Assembly: GCA_965116885.1 (NCBI GenBank)
Contig: OZ220741.1
Coordinates: forward strand, 5,493,750-5,557,749
DNA length: 64,000 nt
Direction: 5' to 3'
Source of the DNA: Candidatus Latescibacterota bacterium
Lineage (GTDB): Bacteria; Latescibacterota; UBA2968
The notes below the pieces were generated by a model. The model was not told the origin of the DNA. It worked only from the letters and a program-made list of their open reading frames with translations, and searched no databases. Shown here one piece after another: positions 11,186 through 20,921 of the stretch (the first letter of the stretch is position 1; the number at the start of each line of letters is the position of its first letter). The position numbers and the translations under genes were made by a program.

Positions 11186-12239
11186 TGGCAGGTCCTTTCA
11201 GCCCTTTTTCGATGTCTGCCAATGGCTTTTGCAACAACTCGCAAGCTTTTCCTGGATCGATGAGTTTCTCGGCAAGTGCCCAATAACAAAGCCTCTCAAA
11301 TCGCTGCGGCACTTCGTGATTTCCTTTCAACAATTCCGGTTCGCGCTTCCGCCAGCCGCGCGCAAACGTCCGGAACGCATAGTCGAAAGTCGATTGATTG
11401 ATGATGCCGACCTGCCTGAGACGGACCAAAAGCGTTGCCGCGCTTACCCGGTATATGCGCTTGATCTGGATCAATTCCCGATAACAGAGGGCCTTTCTCT
11501 GTTCGCCTATTGCGCGCATCAGATGATCTTTAGGCATCAGAAAAGCTCCAGCGAAGATGTCTGACGCCTTTTCACGATTGACAGGCGAGGTTTTATCGAT
11601 TAGCTGGTGTGCAAGTTCGTGGGCGAGGGCAAACCGCCGCCTTTCCTGCGAGGCCTCCGCGTTTACAACAATAACCGGTATCCTAATCTTTTGCTGCGAC
11701 CTGTACACAAAACAGGTGAGTCCCGAGACGCGATCGGGCAGGGGCATCATGAGCACCTTGATGCCTCGATCCTCCAGCAAAGCGGTCATATTGGGGATGG
11801 GATCAACTCCCAGTTGCCATTTTTGGCGCAGATTCTGTGCCAGAACTTCACTGTCTTCCTCGCGTTCCAGCCACCGTTTACCCAATCGGGGAGCCTTCGA
11901 GGTCCCACTATCGCCTGAGAGTATCTCTTCAATGGCAAAGTAGCGTTGCAGGCTGTCAATGACCGCCGCCTCAACGCGTGCTCGATTACCGGCACTCATG
12001 CCCGGGTGCTTGCGAAACTCGGGGATTTTGAGGGCTTCGACGCGTTCGCTGAGCAGATAGTCCAGTGAAACGCCGAGCACGCTGGCGAGATGAATCAGTA
12101 CGCTGGAGCGCGGCATCATTTCTCCGCGTTCATATTTTCCAATGGCCTGCGCAGTCACTTCACCGTCCAGCGCGTAGGAGAGACCGCGCAGTGAATAACC
12201 GGCCTTTTTTCGGGCGAGTTGCAAGTGCTTTCCAAACAT
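11163..12239 (-). CDS. XRE-family HTH fused to an ImmA/IrrE (M78) metallopeptidase
   Basis: N-terminal HTH (LARKKAGYSLRGL...IGKYERG); RRFALAHELAH HExxH motif; E..A..FAGAFLMP. Confidence 0.9.
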   Translation of the reverse strand: MFGKHLQLARKKAGYSLRGLSYALDGEVTAQAIGKYERGEMMPRSSVLIHLASVLGVSLDYLLSERVEALKIPEFRKHPGMSAGNRARVEAAVIDSLQRYFAIEEILSGDSGTSKAPRLGKRWLEREEDSEVLAQNLRQKWQLGVDPIPNMTALLEDRGIKVLMMPLPDRVSGLTCFVYRSQQKIRIPVIVVNAEASQERRRFALAHELAHQLIDKTSPVNREKASDIFAGAFLMPKDHLMRAIGEQRKALCYRELIQIKRIYRVSAATLLVRLRQVGIINQSTFDYAFRTFARGWRKREPELLKGNHEVPQRFERLCYWALAEKLIDPGKACELLQKPLADIEKGLKGPASGNADSS

Positions 12240-12358
12240 GTAATTCCTCAGCCTTGTGGTTTACAATTTTCTATTTTATATTCAAAATGTAAATATAAAT
12301 GTTGCGTTGCACAACCAAAAATCAGGAGGTTAAAATTGGAGAAAGAGATGGAACAACT

Positions 12359-12486
12359 AGCTGGGGTGACAGCGTAGGTGTCAACCGTGCCAATTGCGTT
12401 GGTTGCGGCAGTGCGTGGGATGGTGAGCAGACAGTGCCAGTGGGCTCATTCGAGGCCAATGGTTGGGGCTTTACGACATGCACGGC
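12359..12486 (+). pseudogene. Internal fragment of a fifth FGE/CLec gene
   Basis: SWGDSVGVNRANCVGCGSAWDGEQTVPVGSFEANGWG, then frameshift to YDMHG; matches the middle of genes A-D. Confidence 0.8.
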
Positions 12487-12538
12487 AGCGCGCGTATGGC
12501 ATCTATGTCAATATGGTGAAAGAAATGTTCCCTGGATC

Positions 12539-14965
12539 TCACTCACTTCGCAGGGAATCCACAGGATTAGCGCCCGCAGTTCTGACTGCCTGCCACCCCA
12601 CCGTCATCAGAGCGATGATCAGCGTCAACACCCCACTCAAAATGAAAAACCCGATACTCAGGTCAATGCGATAGGCGAAGTTGTGGAGCCAGCCGCTCAT
12701 CGCGTAATAAGCGACGGGCCAGGCAAGGAGATTTGCCAGAACAACGGGCTTTACAAAATCCTTTGTAAACAGCAGCACAATATTCGCGACGGATGCCCCC
12801 AGCACCTTCCGAATCCCCACCTCCTTCGTCCGCTGTTCCGCTATATAAGAAGCCAGACCAAACAGACCAAGACAGGCGATACAAATAGCCAGCGCCGTCA
12901 AACCGCCAAGCATCTTGCCGCGCTGTTCATCTGCGCGATACTGGCGTTCAAAATAATCGTCCAAAAATGCGTATTCAAATGGAGAATAGGGAACATAGGA
13001 CTCCCACTTCTCTTTCAAAAAACTCAGCGCATCCGAACTCCGATTGGGACGAACCCTGACCAAAAAATAATAACCGCCACTCGGCGAAATATGCAAGAAC
13101 ATCGGTTCAATCTGCTGATAAAGAGATTGAACGTGAAAATCCTTCACCACGCCTATGACAGTACGAGGACGGCTCTCCCGAAAGGTCAACACCAATTCCT
13201 TACCAAGAGCTTCTTTGGGCGAACCCCAGCCAAAATGCACGACCGCTGTTTCGTTTACAACAACCGCGTCAGATTCGTCGGTCGAAAAATCTTTTGAAAA
13301 ATCCCTCCCCTCGACTATCTCGATTCCAAGCGTCTTTATAAAATCGTGATCGACCGCATAGCCCGGCACCTGCATTTCACCCTGAACGCCTTCCGGATGC
13401 ACTGGCCGTCTGCGAAGAGGAAATCCCGTTGACCGCGTTGGCACAGGTACACGAGATGATAGCGTGCAACTCAGGAGATCGGGACTCTGCAAAAAGTCAG
13501 CCTTGATCGCCTCGTATTTTGCACGGAGATCTCGATGTCTGAAAAGCGGCAGAGAAATAACATTCGCCCTTTCAAACCCCAGATCCTTGTCTTTCACATA
13601 CGCCATTTGCGAATAAATAACGCTCGTACCTGTAATCAGCGCGATTGAAATGGCAAATTGGACAACCACGAGCAATTGCCTGATGCGCGAAGTCTGCAAA
13701 CCCGCATGCCGCACGCCCTTTAACACCGTCACAGGTTGAAATGCAGAAAGAAAAAACGCCGGATAACTCCCGGCAACAATACCCGTAACAAGCGCGACAC
13801 CTGCCAAACCCAATATTGCAGATATACTGGTGTATTCAACGACCAATTGCTGACCGATCAAACGATTAAAAAGCGGCAGTGAAAGTTCGACAAGAGAAAC
13901 CGCAAACAAAAGCGCAATAAATGCCAGCAGTGCAGATTCACCTATAAATTGCCGGATCAATTGCAGGCGGTAAGCTCCGACAACCTTTCTTATACCCACC
14001 TCCTTCGCACGCGCAGCAGAACGCGCCGTGGAAAGATTCATAAAATTGATACAGGCGATCAAGAGCACAAAGCAGGCGAGAGCGGAAAAGATATAGACGT
14101 GAACAATATCGCTATTCGGCTCGATCTCGTGACTCAAATGTGAGTAGAGGTGGATTCTCGTAAGGGGCTGTAAGAAGAATCTCACACCCATTCCACGCTC
14201 TGACAGCACCTCTCCCATGTATTTTTTCACAAACGTGGGAAATTTATCCTCAAGCTCCTGGGGCGAATATCCCTTCGGAAGAACCAGGTATGTATAGAGC
14301 AACGGATTTGACAGCCAATTCTTCAGAATAGCACTTGTCGCGCCTCTCTCATGTAAACTCGCATACGAAGCCAGAATTTCGAATCTAAAATGAGAATTGC
14401 GCGGAATTTCCCGTATAATCCCCGTCACCGTGTAATGGTTTTGCACGACAGGTGTTACAAATGTGAGAACCTGACCCATAGGATCTTTTGTGCCAAAGTA
14501 CTTGCGTGCCGCTCTCTCGGTAAGCACGACAGAATAGGGTGACTGAAGAGCCGTATGCCGGTCTCCCTTAATTAAGGGAAAATCAAAAACCTCCAAAACC
14601 GATGCATCTCCAAAAAGGATAGACTCTTGAAAGCGGTTATTCTCATGAAAGATCACAGATGACCCACGTATGAACCTGGCGGCCTGGACAACCTCGGGAA
14701 ATTCGGCGCGCAAAGCCGGAGCCAATGGAGGAGGAGAAGTCGCCGTTGGCATAACCTGTCCATCTGTGGCTATTCGCTCCTGTGCAACCCTGTAAATCCG
14801 ATCTGCTTTTTCATGGTACGTATCATAACTGAGTTCAAAGCGGACAAAACTCAAAATCAAGACACAGGTAGCTATGCCAATCGCCAATCCCGCTATGTTG
14901 ACAAATGAATAAACCTTTTGCCGAAACAGATTGCGAAAAGCAACTGTCAGATAATTTCTTAACAT
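12539..14965 (-). CDS. MacB/FtsX-family ABC transporter permease (two permease domains)
   Basis: MLRNYLTVAFRNL, IACINFMNLSTARS..RAKEVGIRKVVGA, RTKEVGIRKVLGAS, ANPVDSLRSE. Confidence 0.93.
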   Translation of the reverse strand: MLRNYLTVAFRNLFRQKVYSFVNIAGLAIGIATCVLILSFVRFELSYDTYHEKADRIYRVAQERIATDGQVMPTATSPPPLAPALRAEFPEVVQAARFIRGSSVIFHENNRFQESILFGDASVLEVFDFPLIKGDRHTALQSPYSVVLTERAARKYFGTKDPMGQVLTFVTPVVQNHYTVTGIIREIPRNSHFRFEILASYASLHERGATSAILKNWLSNPLLYTYLVLPKGYSPQELEDKFPTFVKKYMGEVLSERGMGVRFFLQPLTRIHLYSHLSHEIEPNSDIVHVYIFSALACFVLLIACINFMNLSTARSAARAKEVGIRKVVGAYRLQLIRQFIGESALLAFIALLFAVSLVELSLPLFNRLIGQQLVVEYTSISAILGLAGVALVTGIVAGSYPAFFLSAFQPVTVLKGVRHAGLQTSRIRQLLVVVQFAISIALITGTSVIYSQMAYVKDKDLGFERANVISLPLFRHRDLRAKYEAIKADFLQSPDLLSCTLSSRVPVPTRSTGFPLRRRPVHPEGVQGEMQVPGYAVDHDFIKTLGIEIVEGRDFSKDFSTDESDAVVVNETAVVHFGWGSPKEALGKELVLTFRESRPRTVIGVVKDFHVQSLYQQIEPMFLHISPSGGYYFLVRVRPNRSSDALSFLKEKWESYVPYSPFEYAFLDDYFERQYRADEQRGKMLGGLTALAICIACLGLFGLASYIAEQRTKEVGIRKVLGASVANIVLLFTKDFVKPVVLANLLAWPVAYYAMSGWLHNFAYRIDLSIGFFILSGVLTLIIALMTVGWQAVRTAGANPVDSLRSE

Positions 14966-15249
14966 GGCCTCCCCTTTTTAAAATTGAATCAGCCTCCTCA
15001 ATATAGATTTAGACAAGATGTTTTTTTTAAGGTTTCTAAAAAATCTTCACATCCAGACCACCAATATCGGGCAGCAATCGCCCCGTTTTACCCCGCTTGA
15101 CATTGGACATCAACGTAGTATTTTCTTACACAAAGATATTATCAAATGTTGTGGATGGCGTCGCGCGCATCATTAGAATTAAAGCGTGAACGAGCCTGGA
15201 CCAGTTGTATCCCATCCCCAATGCAGGCGCGTGATAATAAGGGTTTTTT

Positions 15250-18200
15250 ATGATCAGATCACTTGACCGCAAAGGCATCTGGCAGACTTATTCTATGGCC
15301 GATGGTCTGGCTGGAGTACGCATTGAACACATCGCCGAAGATAGCGAAGGTTATCTCTGGTTCGCCACATGGGACAACGGTGTTAGTCGCTTCGATGGAG
15401 ACGAGTTTCAGAATTTTACCAAACAGAATGGTCTTGTTAACGACCACGTTTATTTTATTTCAAAGGACAGTCAGAAGCGGTTGTGGTTCGGTACATTAAG
15501 TGGTGTCTGCTGGTATGACGGATCAGAGTTCCGCCATTTGGAAGATACCGGGATCGCACGCCGACCTGTCCAGTTCATCTACGAAGATAATGAAGGGCGT
15601 ATATGGTGTGGCGGTCACAGGACCCTGGGATATTACGACGGTACTGTGTTCCGAGACATGATTCCGCTCTACCTTCAGCAGTATCAGGAACCACCTTCTC
15701 CTGAGTGGCCCAACCAGTGCCGGGGCATTGTCGAGGACCCAGAAGGCCACATGTGGTTTGGCTTTAACTACCTCATCCGTTTCGATGGTCAATCCTTCCA
15801 CCGCTATGAAGAGAAAGAGGGGTTTCCGCGAGGCAAGATAAACTATGCTGTGGGGCAGGACAATACCGGTAAGGTGTGGGTGGGGCAGCACGAAAGCAAA
15901 AACGAACTCTGGTGCTATACCCATGGCACCTTTGAGCCGGTTGAGATAAATTTGGGTAGCCCACTGCGCAAAATCCAGTGTGACCGGGAAGGCCGAATGT
16001 GGTTCTGCACTTCAGAAGGGGGATTGTATCAGGACGGTGACGGGTTCAGCAGGTTTACTCCTGCCGATGGCCTGCCCCATCCCGCAGTCAAAGCCGTATT
16101 ACAGGATCGAGATCATCAGTATTGGTTTGCCACCTGGGGTGGCGTCGGGCTTTACGATGCACATAGTATCAGCGTTTTCGACTTCAGCTCAAGGGGTTCT
16201 AAAAGAGTGAGCGAGATCTCCCACATCGCACAAGATCGGCGAGGTGATATGTGGGTCGGGTATGTAGCTCCCGCTCTCAACCGGCTGGAGAAAAGCGTTT
16301 TTCGCTTTGATGGCGAGGACTTTGACTTTGTAGGCACTGAGGATGGCTTTGATATCGACAACTGTTTCGCTATCTACGAGGACTGCGATGGGGACCTGTG
16401 GTTTGGTGGCCACAATGGCTTATTCCGCTACAATGGGAAGAAAATAGAAAAAATGCAAACAATCGCAGGTTTAGGAAAAAGAAGTGTCAGTGCAATTACC
16501 CAGGACTCGCAAGGGCGATTCATTTTTGGCCATTGGGAAAGCAACAACATAATCGAAAAAATAGATCTTCTTGTCAGTCCTTTGAAGATCATTTATCAGC
16601 GGGGTGAGCAGTTCCAAGCCATTTTTGTAGAAGATAAAAATAAGGATCCTTTCAGCTACATTGGTACTGTGATTACCGGGCGAGATGGCGAGGTCTATTT
16701 TCATCTCATTCACCAAAATTTTTCCGACAACGATAGGGGTTTCGCGCGCTGGCATCCAGAAGAGGGGCTCAAATTCTATGGAATTGAAGACGGACTGATA
16801 GACCACAGGGTCAATGATCTTCTCAAAGACCGCGATGGCAACTTGTGGATCGCTACTCAAAGAGGTCTCAGTTGCTTTGACGGCAGTACCTTCCACAATT
16901 TTACGACGAAAGATGGGCTGCCGAGCAATGCCATCCGTTGCTTATTCGAAGATTCGCAAGGCCACCTCTGGCTTGGCACAGACGGGGGCGTAGTTCACTA
17001 CGATGGCCAGCTTTTCCAGACCATCAAATCACCTCACATAGGACCCGTTCTTCAGATACTCGAAGATCGCGACGGGGCTTTCTGGTTCGGTACAGTCCAA
17101 AACACTGTGGTGCGCTACCGGCAACAAAAAAAATCGCCCCAGATTCACCTGATTCAAGTTGTCGCCGGTCAGGTCTATGAGAACCTGCAGGAAGGCATCG
17201 TATCTACGATAGATCAAGATATAATTTTTGAATACAAGGGCCTGAGTTTTTCCACGCATCCCCGCGACATGCTCTATGTCTATCGCCTGAAGGATTATGA
17301 TTCCGACTGGCAACCTGCAACTCGAAAGACGCGGGCCTACTACCGGAACTTGCCACCGGGAGACTACACCTTTCAGGTCAGGGCGATAGATCGCGATCTC
17401 AATTACTCGGAGACCGCACAGGCGCGACTTTCCGTAGAAATGGACCCGCGCATCAGCGCGCTGACCTCCATAATCAACAGCACGGATGGCGTTGGCAAAG
17501 AATTTATCGGTGAGAGTGCGGCACTGCACGCGTTTCAAATCCAGCTTAGACAGGTGGCATCTACTGATCTGTCGGTGCTGTTTAAGGGCGAGACGGGTGT
17601 GGGCAAGGGATTGGCTGCGCGGGTGTTACACGCGCTGAGTTCCAAGTGCGATGGCCCTTTTATGCAGGTCAACTGCGGTGCCTTGCCAACAGCACTGATC
17701 GATAGTGAACTCTTTGGTCACGAGAGGGGCGCATTTACCAGCGCAGTGTCTCGCAGGCTGGGCAAGGTAGAACTGGCTAAGGGCGGCACGCTCTTTTTGG
17801 ACGAAGTCGGCGACATGAGCCTGGAAACGCAAGCCAGGATGTTGCGCTTGCTGGAAGAGGGCACGTTTGAGCGCGTTGGAGGCAGCGAGACGCTATCGAT
17901 ACAGGCGCGGATTGTAGCAGCGACCAATCGCGACCTTGAAGAGATGGTCAATGCAGGTACTTTCCGCGAGGATCTCTATTATCGCATCAATGCCTTTCCA
18001 ATGTCTTTACCGCCCCTGCGCGAGCGCAAGGAGGATATCCCAGACCTTGCCGAGCTTTTCAAGACTCGCATGGCCACACATCTGGACAAGCAAATCGAGC
18101 CTCTGGCGGTAGAGGTGATAGAAGTGCTGCAAGCCTACGATTGGCCAGGCAATGTACGAGAACTGGAACACACGATAAACCGCGCCGTCATCGTGTGTCA

Positions 18201-18429
18201 AGATTCTCAAATTGAAGTTGCGGACATCGGCCTGATAAACAGTAGCCCTCCTGTTTCTCCAGACAGCGAAATCGTGCCAATGGCTGAATTTGAACGCGAT
18301 TATATTCTCAAAGCACTCAAAGCGACCAACTGGAAAATAAGGGGAACCGAAGGCGCGGCGACACTGCTGCAATTACCGCCTTCTACCCTGTATGGCAAAA
18401 TGAGAAAACTGGGGATCAAGCGTCCCTGA
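15250..18429 (+). CDS. Sigma54-dependent transcriptional activator with N-terminal Reg_prop beta-propellers and a Y_Y_Y domain
   Basis: Many DxxGxLWxxT..G repeats; YVYRLKDYD...YYRNLPPGDYTFQVRA (Y_Y_Y); Walker A GETGVGK, ELFGHERGAFTSA, LFLDEVG, FREDLYYR, WPGNVREL; Fis-type HTH. Confidence 0.93.
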   Translation: MIRSLDRKGIWQTYSMADGLAGVRIEHIAEDSEGYLWFATWDNGVSRFDGDEFQNFTKQNGLVNDHVYFISKDSQKRLWFGTLSGVCWYDGSEFRHLEDTGIARRPVQFIYEDNEGRIWCGGHRTLGYYDGTVFRDMIPLYLQQYQEPPSPEWPNQCRGIVEDPEGHMWFGFNYLIRFDGQSFHRYEEKEGFPRGKINYAVGQDNTGKVWVGQHESKNELWCYTHGTFEPVEINLGSPLRKIQCDREGRMWFCTSEGGLYQDGDGFSRFTPADGLPHPAVKAVLQDRDHQYWFATWGGVGLYDAHSISVFDFSSRGSKRVSEISHIAQDRRGDMWVGYVAPALNRLEKSVFRFDGEDFDFVGTEDGFDIDNCFAIYEDCDGDLWFGGHNGLFRYNGKKIEKMQTIAGLGKRSVSAITQDSQGRFIFGHWESNNIIEKIDLLVSPLKIIYQRGEQFQAIFVEDKNKDPFSYIGTVITGRDGEVYFHLIHQNFSDNDRGFARWHPEEGLKFYGIEDGLIDHRVNDLLKDRDGNLWIATQRGLSCFDGSTFHNFTTKDGLPSNAIRCLFEDSQGHLWLGTDGGVVHYDGQLFQTIKSPHIGPVLQILEDRDGAFWFGTVQNTVVRYRQQKKSPQIHLIQVVAGQVYENLQEGIVSTIDQDIIFEYKGLSFSTHPRDMLYVYRLKDYDSDWQPATRKTRAYYRNLPPGDYTFQVRAIDRDLNYSETAQARLSVEMDPRISALTSIINSTDGVGKEFIGESAALHAFQIQLRQVASTDLSVLFKGETGVGKGLAARVLHALSSKCDGPFMQVNCGALPTALIDSELFGHERGAFTSAVSRRLGKVELAKGGTLFLDEVGDMSLETQARMLRLLEEGTFERVGGSETLSIQARIVAATNRDLEEMVNAGTFREDLYYRINAFPMSLPPLRERKEDIPDLAELFKTRMATHLDKQIEPLAVEVIEVLQAYDWPGNVRELEHTINRAVIVCQDSQIEVADIGLINSSPPVSPDSEIVPMAEFERDYILKALKATNWKIRGTEGAATLLQLPPSTLYGKMRKLGIKRP

Positions 18430-18435
18430 TTACCG

Positions 18436-18465
18436 TCCGTATATGGATTATAGTCCATATATGGA
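18436..18465. promoter_or_regulatory. Candidate enhancer/UAS, copy 2
   Basis: TCCGTATATGGA-N6-TCCATATATGGA; the second half is a perfect palindrome. Confidence 0.55.
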
Positions 18466-18504
18466 TGTTTATATATAACTATTTATTAATCAATAACATA
18501 AGAG

Positions 18505-18568
18505 CCAGTCTGAATTTTTTTGAACCATATACGGTTCAAAGGACATAAAATTCGGGCTGGTTTTTTTT
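18505..18568 (+). terminator. Hairpin plus U-tract downstream of the activator gene
   Basis: Same stem as 7621-7683 followed by 8 T. Confidence 0.6.
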
Positions 18569-18637
18569 GTTGGTATAGAAATTTTATCTCAAATAAAAAT
18601 AACATCTTATGAGTATTTATTTGGATTCCATTCACGT

Positions 18638-18653
18638 TGGCACGCTTTTTGCA
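18638..18653 (+). promoter_or_regulatory. Sigma54 (-24/-12) promoter, copy 2
   Basis: TGGCACGCTTTTTGCA, exact consensus, downstream of a sigma54 activator gene. Confidence 0.9.
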
Positions 18654-18919
18654 CTATATCTAAACATTTAATGCCATAAAGGAGAAGATTGAAACCCAGG
18701 CCCTGAATGCCTCACTTAGAGAACTTGCCGGGCGAATCACCCCCGACTAGCCCGGCCCAGGGCGATAGATGAGATTTTAGGCATAATTCTATCGCCCCTC
18801 TGCATTTTCAATGCCATATCAGCGCATTTCACTTCTTCAAGTATGCGCCGTGTGGCTTTATCAGTAGATCCACCAACATCGCGTGTGAGTCGAAGAACAA
18901 GCATATAAAGGAGGCATCT

Positions 18920-20056
18920 ATGTGGAACCGTATGATCTTAACCATTTGTCTGGTATTCGTGTTGCCAGGTCTGGCATTGACTGGCGACATGACCCACGTC
19001 CCGGACAGGGACTTCGATAAGCTACGTGCCGCAGGAAACAGAAACCCCACAGGGGTCTGGTCAAACGGAACGACCATGTGGGTGGCGGACAGGCGCGCTA
19101 AAATTTATGCCTACAACATGAGGACCAGAGCTCGTGACCGAGGCAGGGAATTCAATACGTTAGCCACTGAAAACGAATCTCCTGCAGGAATCTGGTCAGA
19201 CGGCACGACTATGTGGGTAGTGGACCTTGCTGACGGTAGGATTTTTGCCTACAGCATGAGATCTAAAGCCCATGATCCGGACAAGAGCTTCTATCTCGCC
19301 GTAGAACACGACGTCCCTGAAGGAATCTGGTCGGATGGGACAACCATGTGGGTGAAGGAAAGCTCTTACCAATTCGATAAAATTTATGCCTACAACATGA
19401 GGTCTAAAGCCCGTGATCCGAACAAGGACTTCAATACGCTAAAAGCCGCCGGAGAGCAAAGCACTGACGGAATTTGGTCAGACGGAACGACCATGTTGGT
19501 AGCAGACGGATATCGGCATAAAATTTACGCCTACAACATGAGATCTAAAGCCCGTGACCGGGGCAAGGAATTCGATCTCGCCGCAGGAAACACCTCCCCT
19601 ACGGGTATCTGGTCGGACGGAACGACTATATGGGTAGCGGACTACGACAGGGGCCACATTTATGCCTACGGCGGCCTGGGCACCACCAGTGATCAGGCCA
19701 TCCAGGACTTTTCAATGAAAATCAGAGGCTCGACGGGAACCCTGAAGGTTTGCGTGCGTGACCACGAGTGCGAAGACGGCGATAAGATCAGGGTTGATAT
19801 AGATGGCAGGAGCATATTTTCCGGAGAAATTGACAACGACTGGGACTGCTACAATCTGACGGTCTGGTCAGGCGAGAGCTATGCAGTGGAATTGACAGCG
19901 CTCAACGGGACGGGATACAAGGGGGACCACTGTAGCCACAGAGACGTTAACACGGGCGAGATCCGCGTTACTGGAGAGAACACAAAAACGCAGGTCTGGC
20001 GTCATCGCGGAGGTGCCGGGTCGAAAGCGCGTATCATCGTGGAAACAGCGAGGTGA
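18920..20056 (+). CDS. Secreted protein with five ~45-aa GIWSDGTTMWV repeats (probable beta-propeller) and a Cys-containing C-terminal beta domain
   Basis: AAGGAGG RBS; signal-like MWNRMILTICLVFVLPGLALT; five repeats of G(I/V)WS(D/N)GTT(M/I)xVxx...I(Y/F)AY. Confidence 0.85.
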   Translation: MWNRMILTICLVFVLPGLALTGDMTHVPDRDFDKLRAAGNRNPTGVWSNGTTMWVADRRAKIYAYNMRTRARDRGREFNTLATENESPAGIWSDGTTMWVVDLADGRIFAYSMRSKAHDPDKSFYLAVEHDVPEGIWSDGTTMWVKESSYQFDKIYAYNMRSKARDPNKDFNTLKAAGEQSTDGIWSDGTTMLVADGYRHKIYAYNMRSKARDRGKEFDLAAGNTSPTGIWSDGTTIWVADYDRGHIYAYGGLGTTSDQAIQDFSMKIRGSTGTLKVCVRDHECEDGDKIRVDIDGRSIFSGEIDNDWDCYNLTVWSGESYAVELTALNGTGYKGDHCSHRDVNTGEIRVTGENTKTQVWRHRGGAGSKARIIVETAR

Positions 20057-20102
20057 GATCATCCAAATGTTGTTCAAAAATATTAATGAAAGGATACACA
20101 AG

Positions 20103-20921
20103 ATGTATCGTCACTGTATTTGTGCAGGTGTATTAATTCTTCTGAGCCTTCCCCTTTGGTCACAACAGGACACCGAGGATAGTGCGCCTTCACCTAATGA
20201 GACGTTTCAAGATTGCGACGAATGTCCAAAGATGGTGGTGATCCCATCGGGCAGGTTCACGATGGGATCATCCAGGGGGGAGGCGGGACATAAAGATAAT
20301 GAAGAACCGTTGCATAGGGTGCGTATAGATTACCAATTTGCCGTAGGCGTATATGAGGTGACATTTGCCGAATGGTATGCCTGTGTGGATGCAGGTGGTT
20401 GTGGAAACTATATTCCGGATGATTGGCACTGGGGCCGCGGGAATCGCCCTGTGATGAATGTGAGTTGGGAAGATGCCCAGTCTTATGTGCGTTGGCTGTC
20501 TGTCCGGACGGGTAAATCATACCGTTTATTGAGTGAAGCGGAATGGGAGTATGTGGCGCGTGCAGGGACAGAGACAGCGTATAGCTGGGGAGACAGCATA
20601 GGTGTCAACCGTGCCAATTGCTTGGGTTGCGGCGATCAATGGGATAAGACCGCGCCTGTGGGATCTTTCGCAGCCAATGCTTGGGGTGTTCACGATATGC
20701 ACGGCAATGTGCAGGAGTGGGTACAGGACTGTTGGAATGACAGTTATGAGGGCGCACCTACAGACGGTTCTGCGCGGGAGGAGGAGGAGTGCAATGATCG
20801 CGTTGTCCGTGGTGGTCCGTGGTACTATACTCCGAAGTACGTGCGTTCTGCGTCTCGCAGCTCGGACTTCTCCGACTACCGGTTCCGCGGCCTCGGCTTT
20901 CGAGTTGCCCGGGATTTTTGA
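20103..20921 (+). CDS. Secreted FGE-sulfatase/CLec-fold protein C (paralog of A)
   Basis: Signal peptide MYRHCICAGVLILLSLPLWSQQ identical to A; full FGE-sulfatase motifs. Confidence 0.9.
   Translation: MYRHCICAGVLILLSLPLWSQQDTEDSAPSPNETFQDCDECPKMVVIPSGRFTMGSSRGEAGHKDNEEPLHRVRIDYQFAVGVYEVTFAEWYACVDAGGCGNYIPDDWHWGRGNRPVMNVSWEDAQSYVRWLSVRTGKSYRLLSEAEWEYVARAGTETAYSWGDSIGVNRANCLGCGDQWDKTAPVGSFAANAWGVHDMHGNVQEWVQDCWNDSYEGAPTDGSAREEEECNDRVVRGGPWYYTPKYVRSASRSSDFSDYRFRGLGFRVARDF

Larger units (their letters stand above)
18397..18678 (+). repeat. Source copy of the duplicated regulatory block (matches 7513-7793)
   Basis: Direct comparison, few substitutions. Confidence 0.95.

Noticed and set aside
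12299..13297. 332-aa plus-strand ORF
   Set aside because: Chimera of the CLec fragment and the antisense frame of the ABC permease.
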